64,000 nt of DNA from Nitrosopumilus sp. (GCA_965219345.1 OZ244732.1:1504001-1568000); one strand, 5' to 3'; shown: positions 1 through 9,528, numbered from the stretch's first letter. Numbers and translations are program-made. Notes: generated from the letters alone by a model not told the origin.

Positions 1-179
1 ACGCTCCTGGAATAACTAGAATGGTAGCCAGCGGTATCAATATCTTTTTGTTCATATCAATACTTGTTTGCCAGGCTCCATTGCTTGTTGAATTAAAAAT
101 CCACTAATATTTTTTTCATTTTCTGGAACCCGGCAGATTTTGACAGTACGGGTCAGGCAGGCTCGTAAATTCTCTTCAG

Positions 180-1407
180 TCGGGAGGGCATCTCGCAATA
201 ATGCCACTTATATCAATGCCACACTTGGCCGCCACGTTTTCCAAATGCACCCTGTCGTAGGGCGTCCAATGGCACAGCGTTCCGTCGTGACTGCCGCACC
301 AATCAATGAAATCGAGCATCATTTTGCGTTACCCGTCTCGACTTTTGGCCAGAAACGGTACATATTTTCCGTCTTGCATAGTTCCTATGAGGAAATCGCC
401 ATCGGGATCTCCCGCGATGCCTTCAAGATCTATAAACGTGGGATTCTCCGGCAACGGGATATCGCACAGTTTGACTTCTTTGCCGCTTGACAACGCTGCC
501 GCACACGACACATGACGTGCCGTTATGCCATTTGGCAGTGTTTCCAATCTGGTCAAGTCGTCTATGGTCTGCACCCCGATGTCTGCCAACATCTGACGCT
601 TTACTGGACCTATCCCGTTAACCAGTGATATGTCGCCTGACTTGATCGCCATCTGGTCGACATATTGACTCCATGGACGCGGTGTGTGTCCGTAAATAGG
701 TTCAGGCATAACGGCACCGTTCGCTAAATCATGGACTTTATTGATGAATTCCTGCATCTGATCCGCATATTGATCGTAAGGACACTCTCTTTCGTCTCCA
801 TTGCCATTCACGATGACAAAATCGGGGGCATAGCCTTGTATGATTCCCAGCATGTGAGTACGCCGCCCCCTGCCAGACGTGCTGCGGTTTGATGATGTTG
901 CTGCTATTATACGGCCTCCGTTACGGGTATAAGGTTGTCATCCTGCCAGACGTGCTGCGGTTTGATGATGTTGCTGCTCTTCATTTCATATGGAACGTAC
1001 GAATGCTTCCAGAACAGCGACTGTTTCTCGACGCGCACGAGCAAGTCGGGGATGCCACACACGCTGCCTCCGAAGAGGCACACACCACGCAGTTGTTTCA
1101 CCCCCTTCTGCATGTCTTCAAGTCCAGCTAGGAATGATTCAGTACGCGTTTTGACAGTCTTGGTTTCCATGACCAGCCCTTCAGACATTTCCATAGTGAC
1201 AGTCTCTTCATGTTCGAGGCCGCGTATCACAAGAGTCTGGTCTTCGTCTTGGTGCACTGGATCTACATGATGGTTACACCATACGGCAAACGGAGAAACC
1301 CTACACAGTCCTATTTCAGACGCTATGGCACGCACGCCGTCTGCCATACATCGTTCGAATATCTGTTCGGCATTTTCAGTTTTTCGTCTTCGCTTCCAAA
1401 ATGGCAT
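180..1407 (-). pseudogene. TM0106-family RecB-like nuclease (PD-(D/E)xK + HhH + RNase H-like), fragmented
   Basis: ORFs 907-1407 (GIPDLLVR...YEMK) and 329-853 (HhH SLVNGIGP; FIDLEG). Read-through past TAA at 329-331 gives ...CHWTPYDRVHL. Broken by a 73-bp duplication+insert, a frameshift at ~854, a nonsense codon and 3' truncation near 190. Confidence 0.8.
869..978. repeat. Ectopic repeat-spacer-repeat unit 1 (37-bp exact direct duplication around a 36-bp insert)
   Basis: CCTGCCAGACGTGCTGCGGTTTGATGATGTTGCTGCT at 869-905 and 942-978; insert 906-941 ATTATACGGCCTCCGTTACGGGTATAAGGTTGTCAT. Confidence 0.95.
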
Positions 1408-1500
1408 ATACTGACAGACTGAATGCGTTTAAAAAGTCATGATGGCGTGCAGATCTGATAAATTGTCGGGCATGGTTGTGTTAATGAGGATGGTATTCTT

Positions 1501-1523
1501 GGCACTGTTCAAAATTGTAGATC
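1501..1523 (+). mobile_element. Orphan IS6-type 23-bp left end (GGYWCTG-N12-GATC)
   Basis: GGCACTGTTCAAAATTGTAGATC matches the reverse complement of 6686-6708 at 20/23 and resembles the IS26 end GGCACTGTT. Confidence 0.7.
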
Positions 1524-1789
1524 ACAGTGGAATCCCAGGCTCTGGTAAATCTAGGTGATCTACAGTTCTTGTTGGTCAAAAGTGAGCTTTTTAGATCTTC
1601 TCCCGATTCAGACTCGCACAGTCCAGGCCAATGCAGTCTGGCTGTTCAAAAGTGATCCACCCTTTGACCTGCTGTTCAAAAGTGATCCGCATACCCTGCT
1701 GTTAAATTTTTGTGATCACTTTTATCTTTCATAACATTAGGATCTTGCCATTTAACACGAAATCCAATAGAATTGCCAATGGCAACTAG

Positions 1790-2212
1790 CTAGTTTATTC
1801 CAGAATGCATGTCTTCCGGTTTCACCATCTTCGATAGTGTAAGTGCGATCCCTAAGGTGTCTCGTGGAAACCAAATACCTGTATGAGACGGATAATCTTC
1901 CTCCTGTAAGTCTTCAATCCGAAGTTCATTGTCATGTTCAGAATTTATGGTTTTTTTAGCATCCCCCACATTAAGAACTGCAAACCGTCCGTTTGTTGTT
2001 GTACTGTGATGTCTGCCAAACTCTTCTCTTACTTTCTTCATACCTCTTTCCAAATCTGGCATACCAAAATATTCAATCCAGTTAGATGATAAAAAATTTT
2101 CATCATCACGAAACTCAAAGGCAGCTGGCATTGGAAGATTATTTCCATTAAGTCTAGTGGCTGAACAATATCTTGCCACATGGCTGTCACTACAAAGGGG
2201 CTTGGTCATCAC
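1790..2212 (-). CDS. Cargo protein, possible ADP-ribosyltransferase/RES-like toxin
   Basis: 140 aa; VARY...AAFEFR...FLSSNW...SHTGI pattern reminiscent of small ART-like toxins; overlaps the upstream stop. Function is inference. Confidence 0.45.
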   Translation of the reverse strand: MMTKPLCSDSHVARYCSATRLNGNNLPMPAAFEFRDDENFLSSNWIEYFGMPDLERGMKKVREEFGRHHSTTTNGRFAVLNVGDAKKTINSEHDNELRIEDLQEEDYPSHTGIWFPRDTLGIALTLSKMVKPEDMHSGIN

Positions 2213-2937
2213 ATAATCAATTTATCTACAAATTCTTTGATATGATACATTATTTTATGTGAAGGTAATACTCCGCTGATTTTTCGCTGTGGTGATGTTG
2301 GATCCTGTTGACTAAACACAACTGCAAACATGATGTCACCAGATGTTAGAAAATTCATTGCCAAGGTACCATAGTCTGGTATCTCCCAAACTGCCTGCAA
2401 GAGTCCATTTGGGTTTATTCCAATATCTGGATTCGGAAGTTGGGATTCAGATATTATGAACCGGGCAAAATTTTGTAGCGAGCTAGATACAATCGATTTT
2501 TCTTCTTGTTCTTTCTCAATTATTTCGTGCAAAAATGTCAATCGCCTTGCAATGGCATTAGATCTGAATATTTTAATTTCACTAATGACATCTTTTACTT
2601 TTGTTGTATGCTCAATCGGTACATACAGTAAGGAAGGCTTTCCTGCATGTGCTTCATAACTAGATAATATACCTTCATCATGTTGGAATGAAATGAATGT
2701 GTTCAATCTTTCCTCCATGTTTGCAGTAATCGCCATCAACAGGTCATCTGTTTTTTTCATTTCTTTTATTTTATCATCATCGAGAATAACAAATCTGTCC
2801 GAGGTTGGTCCCCCAAATACCTTAGACCTTTCGTATTCTTGTTTTTGAGGTGTTACCAGATTGTATAGCTGTTCAAGCACTTTCAACCGTAGGATGTCTG
2901 ACCCAAAACCTGATGACTTGTAAATGATTGTAGACAT
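2209..2937 (-). CDS. Cargo hypothetical protein (middle gene, possible antitoxin)
   Basis: 242-aa ORF translationally coupled to both neighbours; C-terminal PNPDIGINPNGLLQAVWE segment. Confidence 0.6.
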   Translation of the reverse strand: MSTIIYKSSGFGSDILRLKVLEQLYNLVTPQKQEYERSKVFGGPTSDRFVILDDDKIKEMKKTDDLLMAITANMEERLNTFISFQHDEGILSSYEAHAGKPSLLYVPIEHTTKVKDVISEIKIFRSNAIARRLTFLHEIIEKEQEEKSIVSSSLQNFARFIISESQLPNPDIGINPNGLLQAVWEIPDYGTLAMNFLTSGDIMFAVVFSQQDPTSPQRKISGVLPSHKIMYHIKEFVDKLIM

Positions 2938-2940
2938 GTA

Positions 2941-3588
2941 TTATGTACTCTCCAATATCTCATTCAACTTGGACTCAATAATATTTTTGGCACGACCCCA
3001 TCCAGTCAGCACGTGTTCCATACTCTCTACAGAGTCAAACGGACCATCATGATGAAGATTGCAATCTATGACCACCGATGGTGTTTTCTTATCACCACGA
3101 CGCATTGTTTTCCACCTAAAGTTGAGATTCAGTGTAGCTTTATCGGTTTTTATAATAAATCGAGGTATCATCTCAATATTGTTGTCTAGTTGTTCAGATT
3201 TTAGAAACTTTTGAGTCATCCATTGCAGCGGTTCGTTATTTTCAATTGACACAACACAATTGAGGCCTATGGCCTGATATGATACATGGGGAAGCTTTTT
3301 GATGTATGATGCAGCGAGACGGTGAATCTCGTCTTCGTGTTCATCCGTAAATGGCACATTGTAATTTTTACTAATATCAAGTATTTGTTGATCTACTAAC
3401 CACTTGATTCCATTGTCATATTGTATCATTGATACGGCCGGAGTACTAATTGTTTCAACTGTTTCCCATTTGCTATCTACTATGTTGTTGTTTGCCAGAA
3501 AGTCTCTGTTCAGTATGGAGGGGTTGTGAAATTTGGCGATAACGACAACGGTGACTGAGTGCAGCCAGAAAGATACTTCGCTAGACAT
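2941..3588 (-). CDS. Cargo protein resembling the TIGR04255-like family
   Basis: 215 aa; NPSILNRDFL, AIGLN and VVIDCNLH segments; first gene of a three-gene operon. Confidence 0.5.
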   Translation of the reverse strand: MSSEVSFWLHSVTVVVIAKFHNPSILNRDFLANNNIVDSKWETVETISTPAVSMIQYDNGIKWLVDQQILDISKNYNVPFTDEHEDEIHRLAASYIKKLPHVSYQAIGLNCVVSIENNEPLQWMTQKFLKSEQLDNNIEMIPRFIIKTDKATLNLNFRWKTMRRGDKKTPSVVIDCNLHHDGPFDSVESMEHVLTGWGRAKNIIESKLNEILEST

Positions 3589-3709
3589 GGGGTATCACAC
3601 GTTTTACAGTATAATTTTGTCTAGTGCAAAAAGAGTAGCATTGCCGAACCAACCTATTCACAACATTGACCGTAATTAATTAAAAGGTATCGGCATTATG
3701 CTCTAGTCC

Positions 3710-4777
3710 TCTATTGTACGGAAATTATGTCGCGCGCCAAGAGTCCGGCGTACTGCCCAAGAGTATTTTACACTACACAAGTCCAGGCATCCCATGCCAA
3801 TACGCCTGACCGACAAGGCCATCCGATACGCCGTCAGGCAGCTGGAGAAGGGCAAAGACACCAAGACGGTCGCAGAAGAGATCAACGTCACCCAGAGGCA
3901 TGTGCAGCGGCTGTGGGCCGAATTCAACAGGACCGGTTCGATCCACGTCCAGCAGCCTGCAGGACGGCCGGCAGATCTCCCACCGCCCGACGAGGAAACC
4001 AATATGGTATTAGACGTTCACGGACGCAAGCCGGAGGGTGTGCTACGGACAGCCAAGAGGCTTCGGAAGGAGGGACACGATATAAGCTACTCCCGCGTAT
4101 ACCAGATAATGAAGTCCAACGGCCTGGTCATCGACTCCCCGGCAAAGTCGAGGAAGCGCAAGTGGGTCAGGTACGAGCGCCTGTACTCGAATGCCATGTG
4201 GCATACTGACTGGCATGTGATGAAGGATCCGCGCATGAAGGATCTGAACCTGATCACGTATCTTGATGATGCCTCCAGGTGCGTTACGGGCGCGGCATTG
4301 TTCAAGGAGGCCACCTCAGAGAACGCGGTGGCGGTGCTCCGGCAGGCAGTCGGCAGGTTCGACGTGCCGGCGACCATCCTGTCCGACAACGGCTCGTGCT
4401 TCGTCGGCAGGGGCGGCCGCAAGAGGCAGACAGGCACCTGGACTCCGACCCTCTTTGAGAACGAGCTGCTGGACCACAACATAGGGCTGATCAATTCAAG
4501 ACCGTATCACCCGCAGACCAACGGAAAACTGGAGAGGTTCCACAGGAGCATCGAGGAGGAAATATGGCACTATGACGGGCTGGACGACTATGTCGAGTAC
4601 TACAACACGGACAGGCTGCACTTTTCACTGGACATCGACAACTACGAGACGCCGCTGATGGCGTTCCGCAACAAGAGGGCTACCGACGAGATAAGACAGC
4701 AGAATTCCAGATGGATGGAGGCAGATATCAATGACTGACGACCCAGACAGGGGGCGACATGATTTTCATATATTACA
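3710..4777 (+). mobile_element. IS481-family insertion sequence nested in the transposon
   Basis: Imperfect 24-bp IRs 3710-3733 and 4754-4777 (18/24; right end ...TTACA); high GC. Confidence 0.75.
3794..4738 (+). CDS. IS481-family transposase (rve integrase core)
   Basis: N-terminal HTH; MWHTDW, YLDDASR, ILSDNGSCF, HPQTNGKLERFH, YYNTDRLH. Confidence 0.92.
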   Translation: MPIRLTDKAIRYAVRQLEKGKDTKTVAEEINVTQRHVQRLWAEFNRTGSIHVQQPAGRPADLPPPDEETNMVLDVHGRKPEGVLRTAKRLRKEGHDISYSRVYQIMKSNGLVIDSPAKSRKRKWVRYERLYSNAMWHTDWHVMKDPRMKDLNLITYLDDASRCVTGAALFKEATSENAVAVLRQAVGRFDVPATILSDNGSCFVGRGGRKRQTGTWTPTLFENELLDHNIGLINSRPYHPQTNGKLERFHRSIEEEIWHYDGLDDYVEYYNTDRLHFSLDIDNYETPLMAFRNKRATDEIRQQNSRWMEADIND

Positions 4778-4830
4778 CTCTGCCCTCGGCGGCAAAAAGG
4801 TCTTAAACTTCCCATAGCCTGATCCAGTAA

Positions 4831-6444
4831 TTGGGCAAGACCATGACAAGGTACTATCCACAGAGTACCGGCATAGAATCCTCAAAGCCAAAGTCGTGCT
4901 ACTGCGGGCACGGCGACGACTTTAGGACGATATCCAGGGCAGACAAGAACGACACGCGCTACATGTGCAACAAGTGCAAGAAGAGTTACATTGTCAGGAA
5001 TCCAGAAACGGACAGACAGCAGATCAAAAAGATGGGCAGCATCTTGGACAACATCATACTCGGGATGAGTTCAAGGCAGACGTGCCTCAAGATGTTTATA
5101 GACTGGGGCCACGTCATAAAGCACCCCACCATACTCAGTTGGTCAAAGAACCACGTCCAGTACGCAAAGATGTTCACAGACGACATACTCTGCTGCCTAG
5201 AGTATGGGAGCGTGTGGGGGATAGACGAGACGGCAATGGACATACGCGGGTGGTGGCATGAGGCAGACCCCGAGATCCTCTCCCAGATGAGGACAATCGA
5301 GGAGAAGGCAAGGGAGTACGGGCTTCTAAAGGATCCCGAATTCAAGAAGGAATGGGAGAGGCTGCGCGCAAGGTCAGAAAGGTCAAAGAGGAGTGCAAAA
5401 AAGAAATGGCTTACGGCAGTCGTCGACCTGAAGACGAGACTGGTCATACACTACATCATCACCGACAAGCGTCCAGACAACAAGGACATCTACCGCCTCG
5501 TCAAGATGGCCACCGTCGTGGCAGGCATGCCCACAAACATCATAACTGACTGCTACTTGGCATACAAGCCCGCAATCCGAAGGCTTACCGGGGACATTGA
5601 AAAGCAGGGCGGGAAGCTGAACCACATACTGGTGCGCGCAAAAAACCAGAGCGAACTCCACTTTAAGCCGAAAAAACCCACAAACGGCGTTCCCAACCAC
5701 AACAACAGAATCGAGAGCGCATGGTCGACCATAAAGAGGAATATGGACATAATGTCCGGGTACGGGGAGTACCATTCTGACCACGTTATCAGCTACAACA
5801 TCATAAACCACAACTTCATCAAGCCGCATTCCTCCCTGAGAAAGTTCAGGACAGTCAGGCAGGGGCAGGCAAACATGGTAAACATGACTCCGGCCATGGA
5901 GGGGGGATACCCAAAGTGGTTTGCCAACTTTAACGAGTTGCTCACAGAATCGTGGGGGTATGACAAGTCGTTTATCTTCAAGCTCGGTCCGAGGATGCTG
6001 GACAGGCTCCGCGTCGGCATACGGGGTAGGAAGACGGTGGCCATAGCCGTCAAGAAGCGGACTGCAAAAAGCATGGTTGCAAAGATAGACAGGAAGCTTC
6101 AGACAGAGTGTGGGTTTGAATACGTACCGGAGAGAAAGGAGTGGAGGCGCGAGATACCGTCTATTATGAACATGAACAGGAGGCGCGAGGACAATATGGG
6201 TGCGGTAATGCCGATGCAGACATTTGAGGTGTGCAACAGGTGCGGACTGGCAGCACTTACCACGCAGACCGTGGTTGAACTCATCGGATACAGAAAATCC
6301 AATGGCAGGATAATCACGCAGCCAAACTGCCATAGGTGCAGAAACAAACTCTCAAGGAACCCCAAGCGCCGCACTGGGCAGAACCGCAAAAAAATGACTG
6401 AAAAGTCAGTCCTTTTGGGCATTCAGAAGAGGCTTGACTGTTGA
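4831..6444 (+). CDS. IS6-like DDE transposase with N- and C-terminal Zn-ribbons
   Basis: CYCGH..CNKC; WGIDET, WLTAVVD.KTR, IITDCYLAY, NNRIESAWSTIKR, HNFIKPHSSL, TPAM; C-terminal CNRC...CHRC. Confidence 0.85.
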   Translation: MGKTMTRYYPQSTGIESSKPKSCYCGHGDDFRTISRADKNDTRYMCNKCKKSYIVRNPETDRQQIKKMGSILDNIILGMSSRQTCLKMFIDWGHVIKHPTILSWSKNHVQYAKMFTDDILCCLEYGSVWGIDETAMDIRGWWHEADPEILSQMRTIEEKAREYGLLKDPEFKKEWERLRARSERSKRSAKKKWLTAVVDLKTRLVIHYIITDKRPDNKDIYRLVKMATVVAGMPTNIITDCYLAYKPAIRRLTGDIEKQGGKLNHILVRAKNQSELHFKPKKPTNGVPNHNNRIESAWSTIKRNMDIMSGYGEYHSDHVISYNIINHNFIKPHSSLRKFRTVRQGQANMVNMTPAMEGGYPKWFANFNELLTESWGYDKSFIFKLGPRMLDRLRVGIRGRKTVAIAVKKRTAKSMVAKIDRKLQTECGFEYVPERKEWRREIPSIMNMNRRREDNMGAVMPMQTFEVCNRCGLAALTTQTVVELIGYRKSNGRIITQPNCHRCRNKLSRNPKRRTGQNRKKMTEKSVLLGIQKRLDC

Positions 6445-6646
6445 TCACAAAAATTTAACAGCAGGGTCTGCGGATCACTTTTGAACGGCAAGTCAGAAGG
6501 CAGATCACTTTTGAACAGCCAGACTGCATTGGCCTGGGCTGTGCGAGTCTGAATCGGGAGAAGATCTAAAAAGCTCACTTTTGACCAACAAGAACTGTAG
6601 ATCACCTAGATTTACCAGAGCCGAATCCCATAATCAATACGAGTCA

Positions 6647-6708
6647 GATCACCAAAAATGGACAGTGCCGGGTTGAATTAGATCTGATCCACAATTTTGA
6701 GCAGAGCC
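6647..6708 (-). mobile_element. Two additional IS6-type 23-bp right ends
   Basis: Reverse complements GGCACTGTCCATTTTTGGTGATC (6647-6669) and GGCTCTGCTCAAAATTGTGGATC (6686-6708). Confidence 0.7.
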
Positions 6709-6755
6709 GACAGCAAGTATTCCTCCAAGTGCCACGTATCATCGTCCAAGTTTTC

Positions 6756-6865
6756 CTGGATCTACGCGTCCAACTGCATCGCTTGTTCTAGTTCCTATAC
6801 TGGGCCCAAGCCTTGGATATGGAAACCAGCTGGATCTACGCGTCCAACTGCATCGCTTGTTCTAG
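6756..6865. repeat. Ectopic repeat-spacer-repeat unit 2 (36-bp exact duplication around a 38-bp insert)
   Basis: CTGGATCTACGCGTCCAACTGCATCGCTTGTTCTAG at 6756-6791 and 6830-6865; insert 6792-6829 TTCCTATACTGGGCCCAAGCCTTGGATATGGAAACCAG. Confidence 0.95.
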
Positions 6866-6964
6866 CCCTTTAAAAACAACGGCCTGCAATGTAAAACGTG
6901 GTTACTTTAAACGACGATACCGTGGCATATTACGTTATATAACCTAATCATTTTAAAGTACAGA

Positions 6965-7351
6965 TTGAGTACGCAGTCAGTCTCACGAAAACAACTAATT
7001 TTAGAAATTCAAGGAAAATCTAAAATTCCTTGTGATCTCAAACGTCATTTATCTCCAAGAACTGTTGGAACTATAATGAGATCTTTGCCATTAGAAGGGC
7101 ATGCTCATCTTTTCGGACAAAGTACTTTGTATTTTGAAACTAGTATTGATTCTGGAATTGAAAGAGCAAGAACCGAATTCAAAAAAGGTGATGTTTCATT
7201 CTTGCCTTCATCAGGAAGCATCTGTTTTTTTATCAATGATGTAAAATCTGGAAAAACTATGACGCCTATTGGAAAATTGAGTGGTAATATTGATGCGTTA
7301 AAGGATGTTAAATCTGGTGATGTATTTCGTATCTATGAAGAAACTGCTTGA
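6965..7351 (+). CDS. Cyclophilin-like fold protein
   Basis: HLSPRTVGTIMRSLP, KGDVSFLP..GSICFF. Confidence 0.75.
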   Translation: MSTQSVSRKQLILEIQGKSKIPCDLKRHLSPRTVGTIMRSLPLEGHAHLFGQSTLYFETSIDSGIERARTEFKKGDVSFLPSSGSICFFINDVKSGKTMTPIGKLSGNIDALKDVKSGDVFRIYEETA

Positions 7352-7644
7352 TACAAATGATGTCCTGAATAACCACCAACTCGTTTAACAGTACCTTTCT
7401 TTGCAGATTCTCTTAAAAATGCATTTGCAGCAGAAATTTTAATTCCTGTCTGTCTTGCAAGATCTTGAATTGTGATAACTTTGGAGTTTTGAATAATTTT
7501 CATCGCTTGCTGTTCGTTTATTGTGACTACGATCTCTGCTTTCTTTGGTCCGCCTTCTCCTTTGCCTTTCTTTGATTTCTTTGAATCTTTAGCTTTTTCT
7601 GGCTTGTCTTTTTTCGCAGCAGTTGGTTTCTTTGCTCCACCCAT
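7333..7644 (-). CDS. rps25e: 30S ribosomal protein S25e
   Basis: MGGAKK basic N-terminus; VITIQDLARQTGIKISAANAFLR winged helix. Confidence 0.88.
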   Translation of the reverse strand: MGGAKKPTAAKKDKPEKAKDSKKSKKGKGEGGPKKAEIVVTINEQQAMKIIQNSKVITIQDLARQTGIKISAANAFLRESAKKGTVKRVGGYSGHHLYQAVSS

Positions 7645-7756
7645 AATTTGAGAAAAAAATATTCCTCTTATAAACGATGAATAGTATCCTTTTGAACCGT
7701 TATTTATCAGAAATTCAAAAAATTCAAGTTATTTTCAAATATAAATAACATCTTGC

Positions 7757-7981
7757 TTGTCTAATGATATGGGAGTTGTGTCAAAAGGCGCAAAATGCAA
7801 TGTTGAAGGATGTGATCAAGATGGTGCTCGTTCTCTTAATACTGCCAAAGTTGAACGTGCAGGACTTCGTGTCAATTCCACAGGCAAAAAAACAGTTCTT
7901 TGTAAAGAACACTACAAAGAATGGAAAAAAGAATCAAAAGATGACCGAGATCTTGAACGTGCTAGATATGACAAGTTTTAG
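7757..7981 (+). CDS. Conserved small Cys-rich thaumarchaeal protein
   Basis: CNVEGC...LCKEHYKEWKK. Confidence 0.75.
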   Translation: MSNDMGVVSKGAKCNVEGCDQDGARSLNTAKVERAGLRVNSTGKKTVLCKEHYKEWKKESKDDRDLERARYDKF

Positions 7982-9072
7982 TTTTTCCTTTTTGATTTTG
8001 TAACATTGTTTGCTGTATTATTGAAATAATCATCACTCAACTTATCATATAACTTGCCTAATTTTTTGTAAAGTCGTTTTGGTTTTCTTGTTTTTTGGTT
8101 ACTTATAACATATAATGCAAGAATCGGAAATGCAATTGTTACATCGGCATAAACTGTTGCCATTCCGTGATGTGCATCTTGAACCTTGCCCCAACTCTTT
8201 CCTTCTTGCAGTGTTGCACCAGACAGTCCTCCAGTGTCTGGTCGCGCATCTGTAATCTGAATAATATAATCTTGTCCTCCATCGTTTCGTCTTAGAATTT
8301 GGTCCAATAGAGGACCTGTTTGTTGAGCTGTGTTCTTTGGAACCCCTCCTCCTAATTCTAAAATACCTGACTTCTTTGAACCATAAAGAATTGCTGCTTG
8401 TTCAAGAATCTCTCTAACAAAGTCTAGATTGTATGTCTTATCTCGTAACCTGTGAACTGCCAAATTCAACGCTAGTGATGAATCTTTTATTGTGGAAATG
8501 TATACTGGAACGTCATAATCGTATGCTGTTGTAATGAAACTCTTTTCAGGATGTTTTGCATTTTCTTTACTCATCTTTCCCATTAAATTACAAAATTCCG
8601 CAGTTGTGAATGATTTTTCTGGAAAGTCACCTCCAAACATTTTCTGAATTACTTGATCCTCTGCTTCCAATGTTTCATAAAATTTGATATACACATTTCT
8701 TATTCTAACAATTTCATTTTCATACAATTTCATATCATCCGCATTAGAATCTCCTTGTTTAACAGGCAAGCCCCACGCAAAATGATCTTCGTGATAGACG
8801 TTAGCTCCTGTTGTAATAATCCAATCAACAAATCCCCGCTCGATTAATGTTTTAATGATTCCTCCAAACCCAACAGGTGTCAATGCACCAGAAACTGTGA
8901 GACAAATTGTTGCATTTTCTTTGATCATCTTTGCATAAAGTTTAGCGGCCTCCCCAAGACTTCTTCCATTAAATCCTGAACTTGCAAACACATTGACTAA
9001 ATCTTCGATAGTCATCTCTGGGTGTAATTTTATGTGAGGAATATCGTTGCCATGAAATTTGTGTGGATCCAC
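7978..9072 (-). CDS. dys: Deoxyhypusine synthase
   Basis: SGALTPVG, TTGANVYHE, LGGGVPKN, DTGGLSGATLQEGKSWGK. Confidence 0.92.
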   Translation of the reverse strand: MDPHKFHGNDIPHIKLHPEMTIEDLVNVFASSGFNGRSLGEAAKLYAKMIKENATICLTVSGALTPVGFGGIIKTLIERGFVDWIITTGANVYHEDHFAWGLPVKQGDSNADDMKLYENEIVRIRNVYIKFYETLEAEDQVIQKMFGGDFPEKSFTTAEFCNLMGKMSKENAKHPEKSFITTAYDYDVPVYISTIKDSSLALNLAVHRLRDKTYNLDFVREILEQAAILYGSKKSGILELGGGVPKNTAQQTGPLLDQILRRNDGGQDYIIQITDARPDTGGLSGATLQEGKSWGKVQDAHHGMATVYADVTIAFPILALYVISNQKTRKPKRLYKKLGKLYDKLSDDYFNNTANNVTKSKRKN

Positions 9073-9192
9073 TTTTACAAATTAATTTTTTGCTGTAAAT
9101 AATACTTACTAAAGGATTCTTTGTGTGGAATGTATAATTGTGAATTTTTAAGCAAATATGACTTAATTAGGAATAATCTGAAATAATATCAA

Positions 9193-9528
9193 ATGAATAT
9201 AGTTGATTTACATGATCCACAGCGAGTAAACAGAACCCCTGATGATGTTGAGACTTTACTCTTCTCTGGAAATTTTATCCAAGATGGTTTTACAGTTTCT
9301 AAAGTGGAATTACGCCTTTACAATGAAAGAACGGATGAAAAATTGGGTGACTATTCTTTGATAACCTCTTTTGTTGAGACTGACAAAGGTTCTGTTGAAA
9401 TGATTTATGATGAAGGATTCCGTGGAGAAGAACCTCTCTCAAGGGCAGCTGAATTTGTGACTTCAAATTTAGGAATATCTGGCTTGATTTTACGCTCAAT
9501 AATTTCTTTACGTCAGAAAACAACATAA
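9193..9528 (+). CDS. Hypothetical protein
   Basis: 111-aa ORF with core codon usage. Confidence 0.7.
   Translation: MNIVDLHDPQRVNRTPDDVETLLFSGNFIQDGFTVSKVELRLYNERTDEKLGDYSLITSFVETDKGSVEMIYDEGFRGEEPLSRAAEFVTSNLGISGLILRSIISLRQKTT

Larger units (their letters stand above)
1538..6622. mobile_element. IS6-like cargo transposon with 181-bp terminal inverted repeats and 8-bp TSD
   Basis: TIRs 1538-1718 and 6442-6622 (about 8 mismatches by eye); TSD GAATCCCA at 1530-1537 and 6623-6630; DDE transposase 4831-6444 abuts the right TIR. Confidence 0.92.

Noticed and set aside
3701-4786. TSD for the IS481 element
   Set aside because: The flanks (CTCTAGTCC vs CTCTGCCCT) are only partly similar, so no TSD can be supported.
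5383-6333. 316-aa antisense ORF and other overlapping ORFs in the transposases
   Set aside because: These are shadow ORFs of GC-rich coding strands with no recognisable motifs.
1538-6622. Casposon
   Set aside because: There is no Cas1-like casposase or PolB; the element encodes a DDE transposase.
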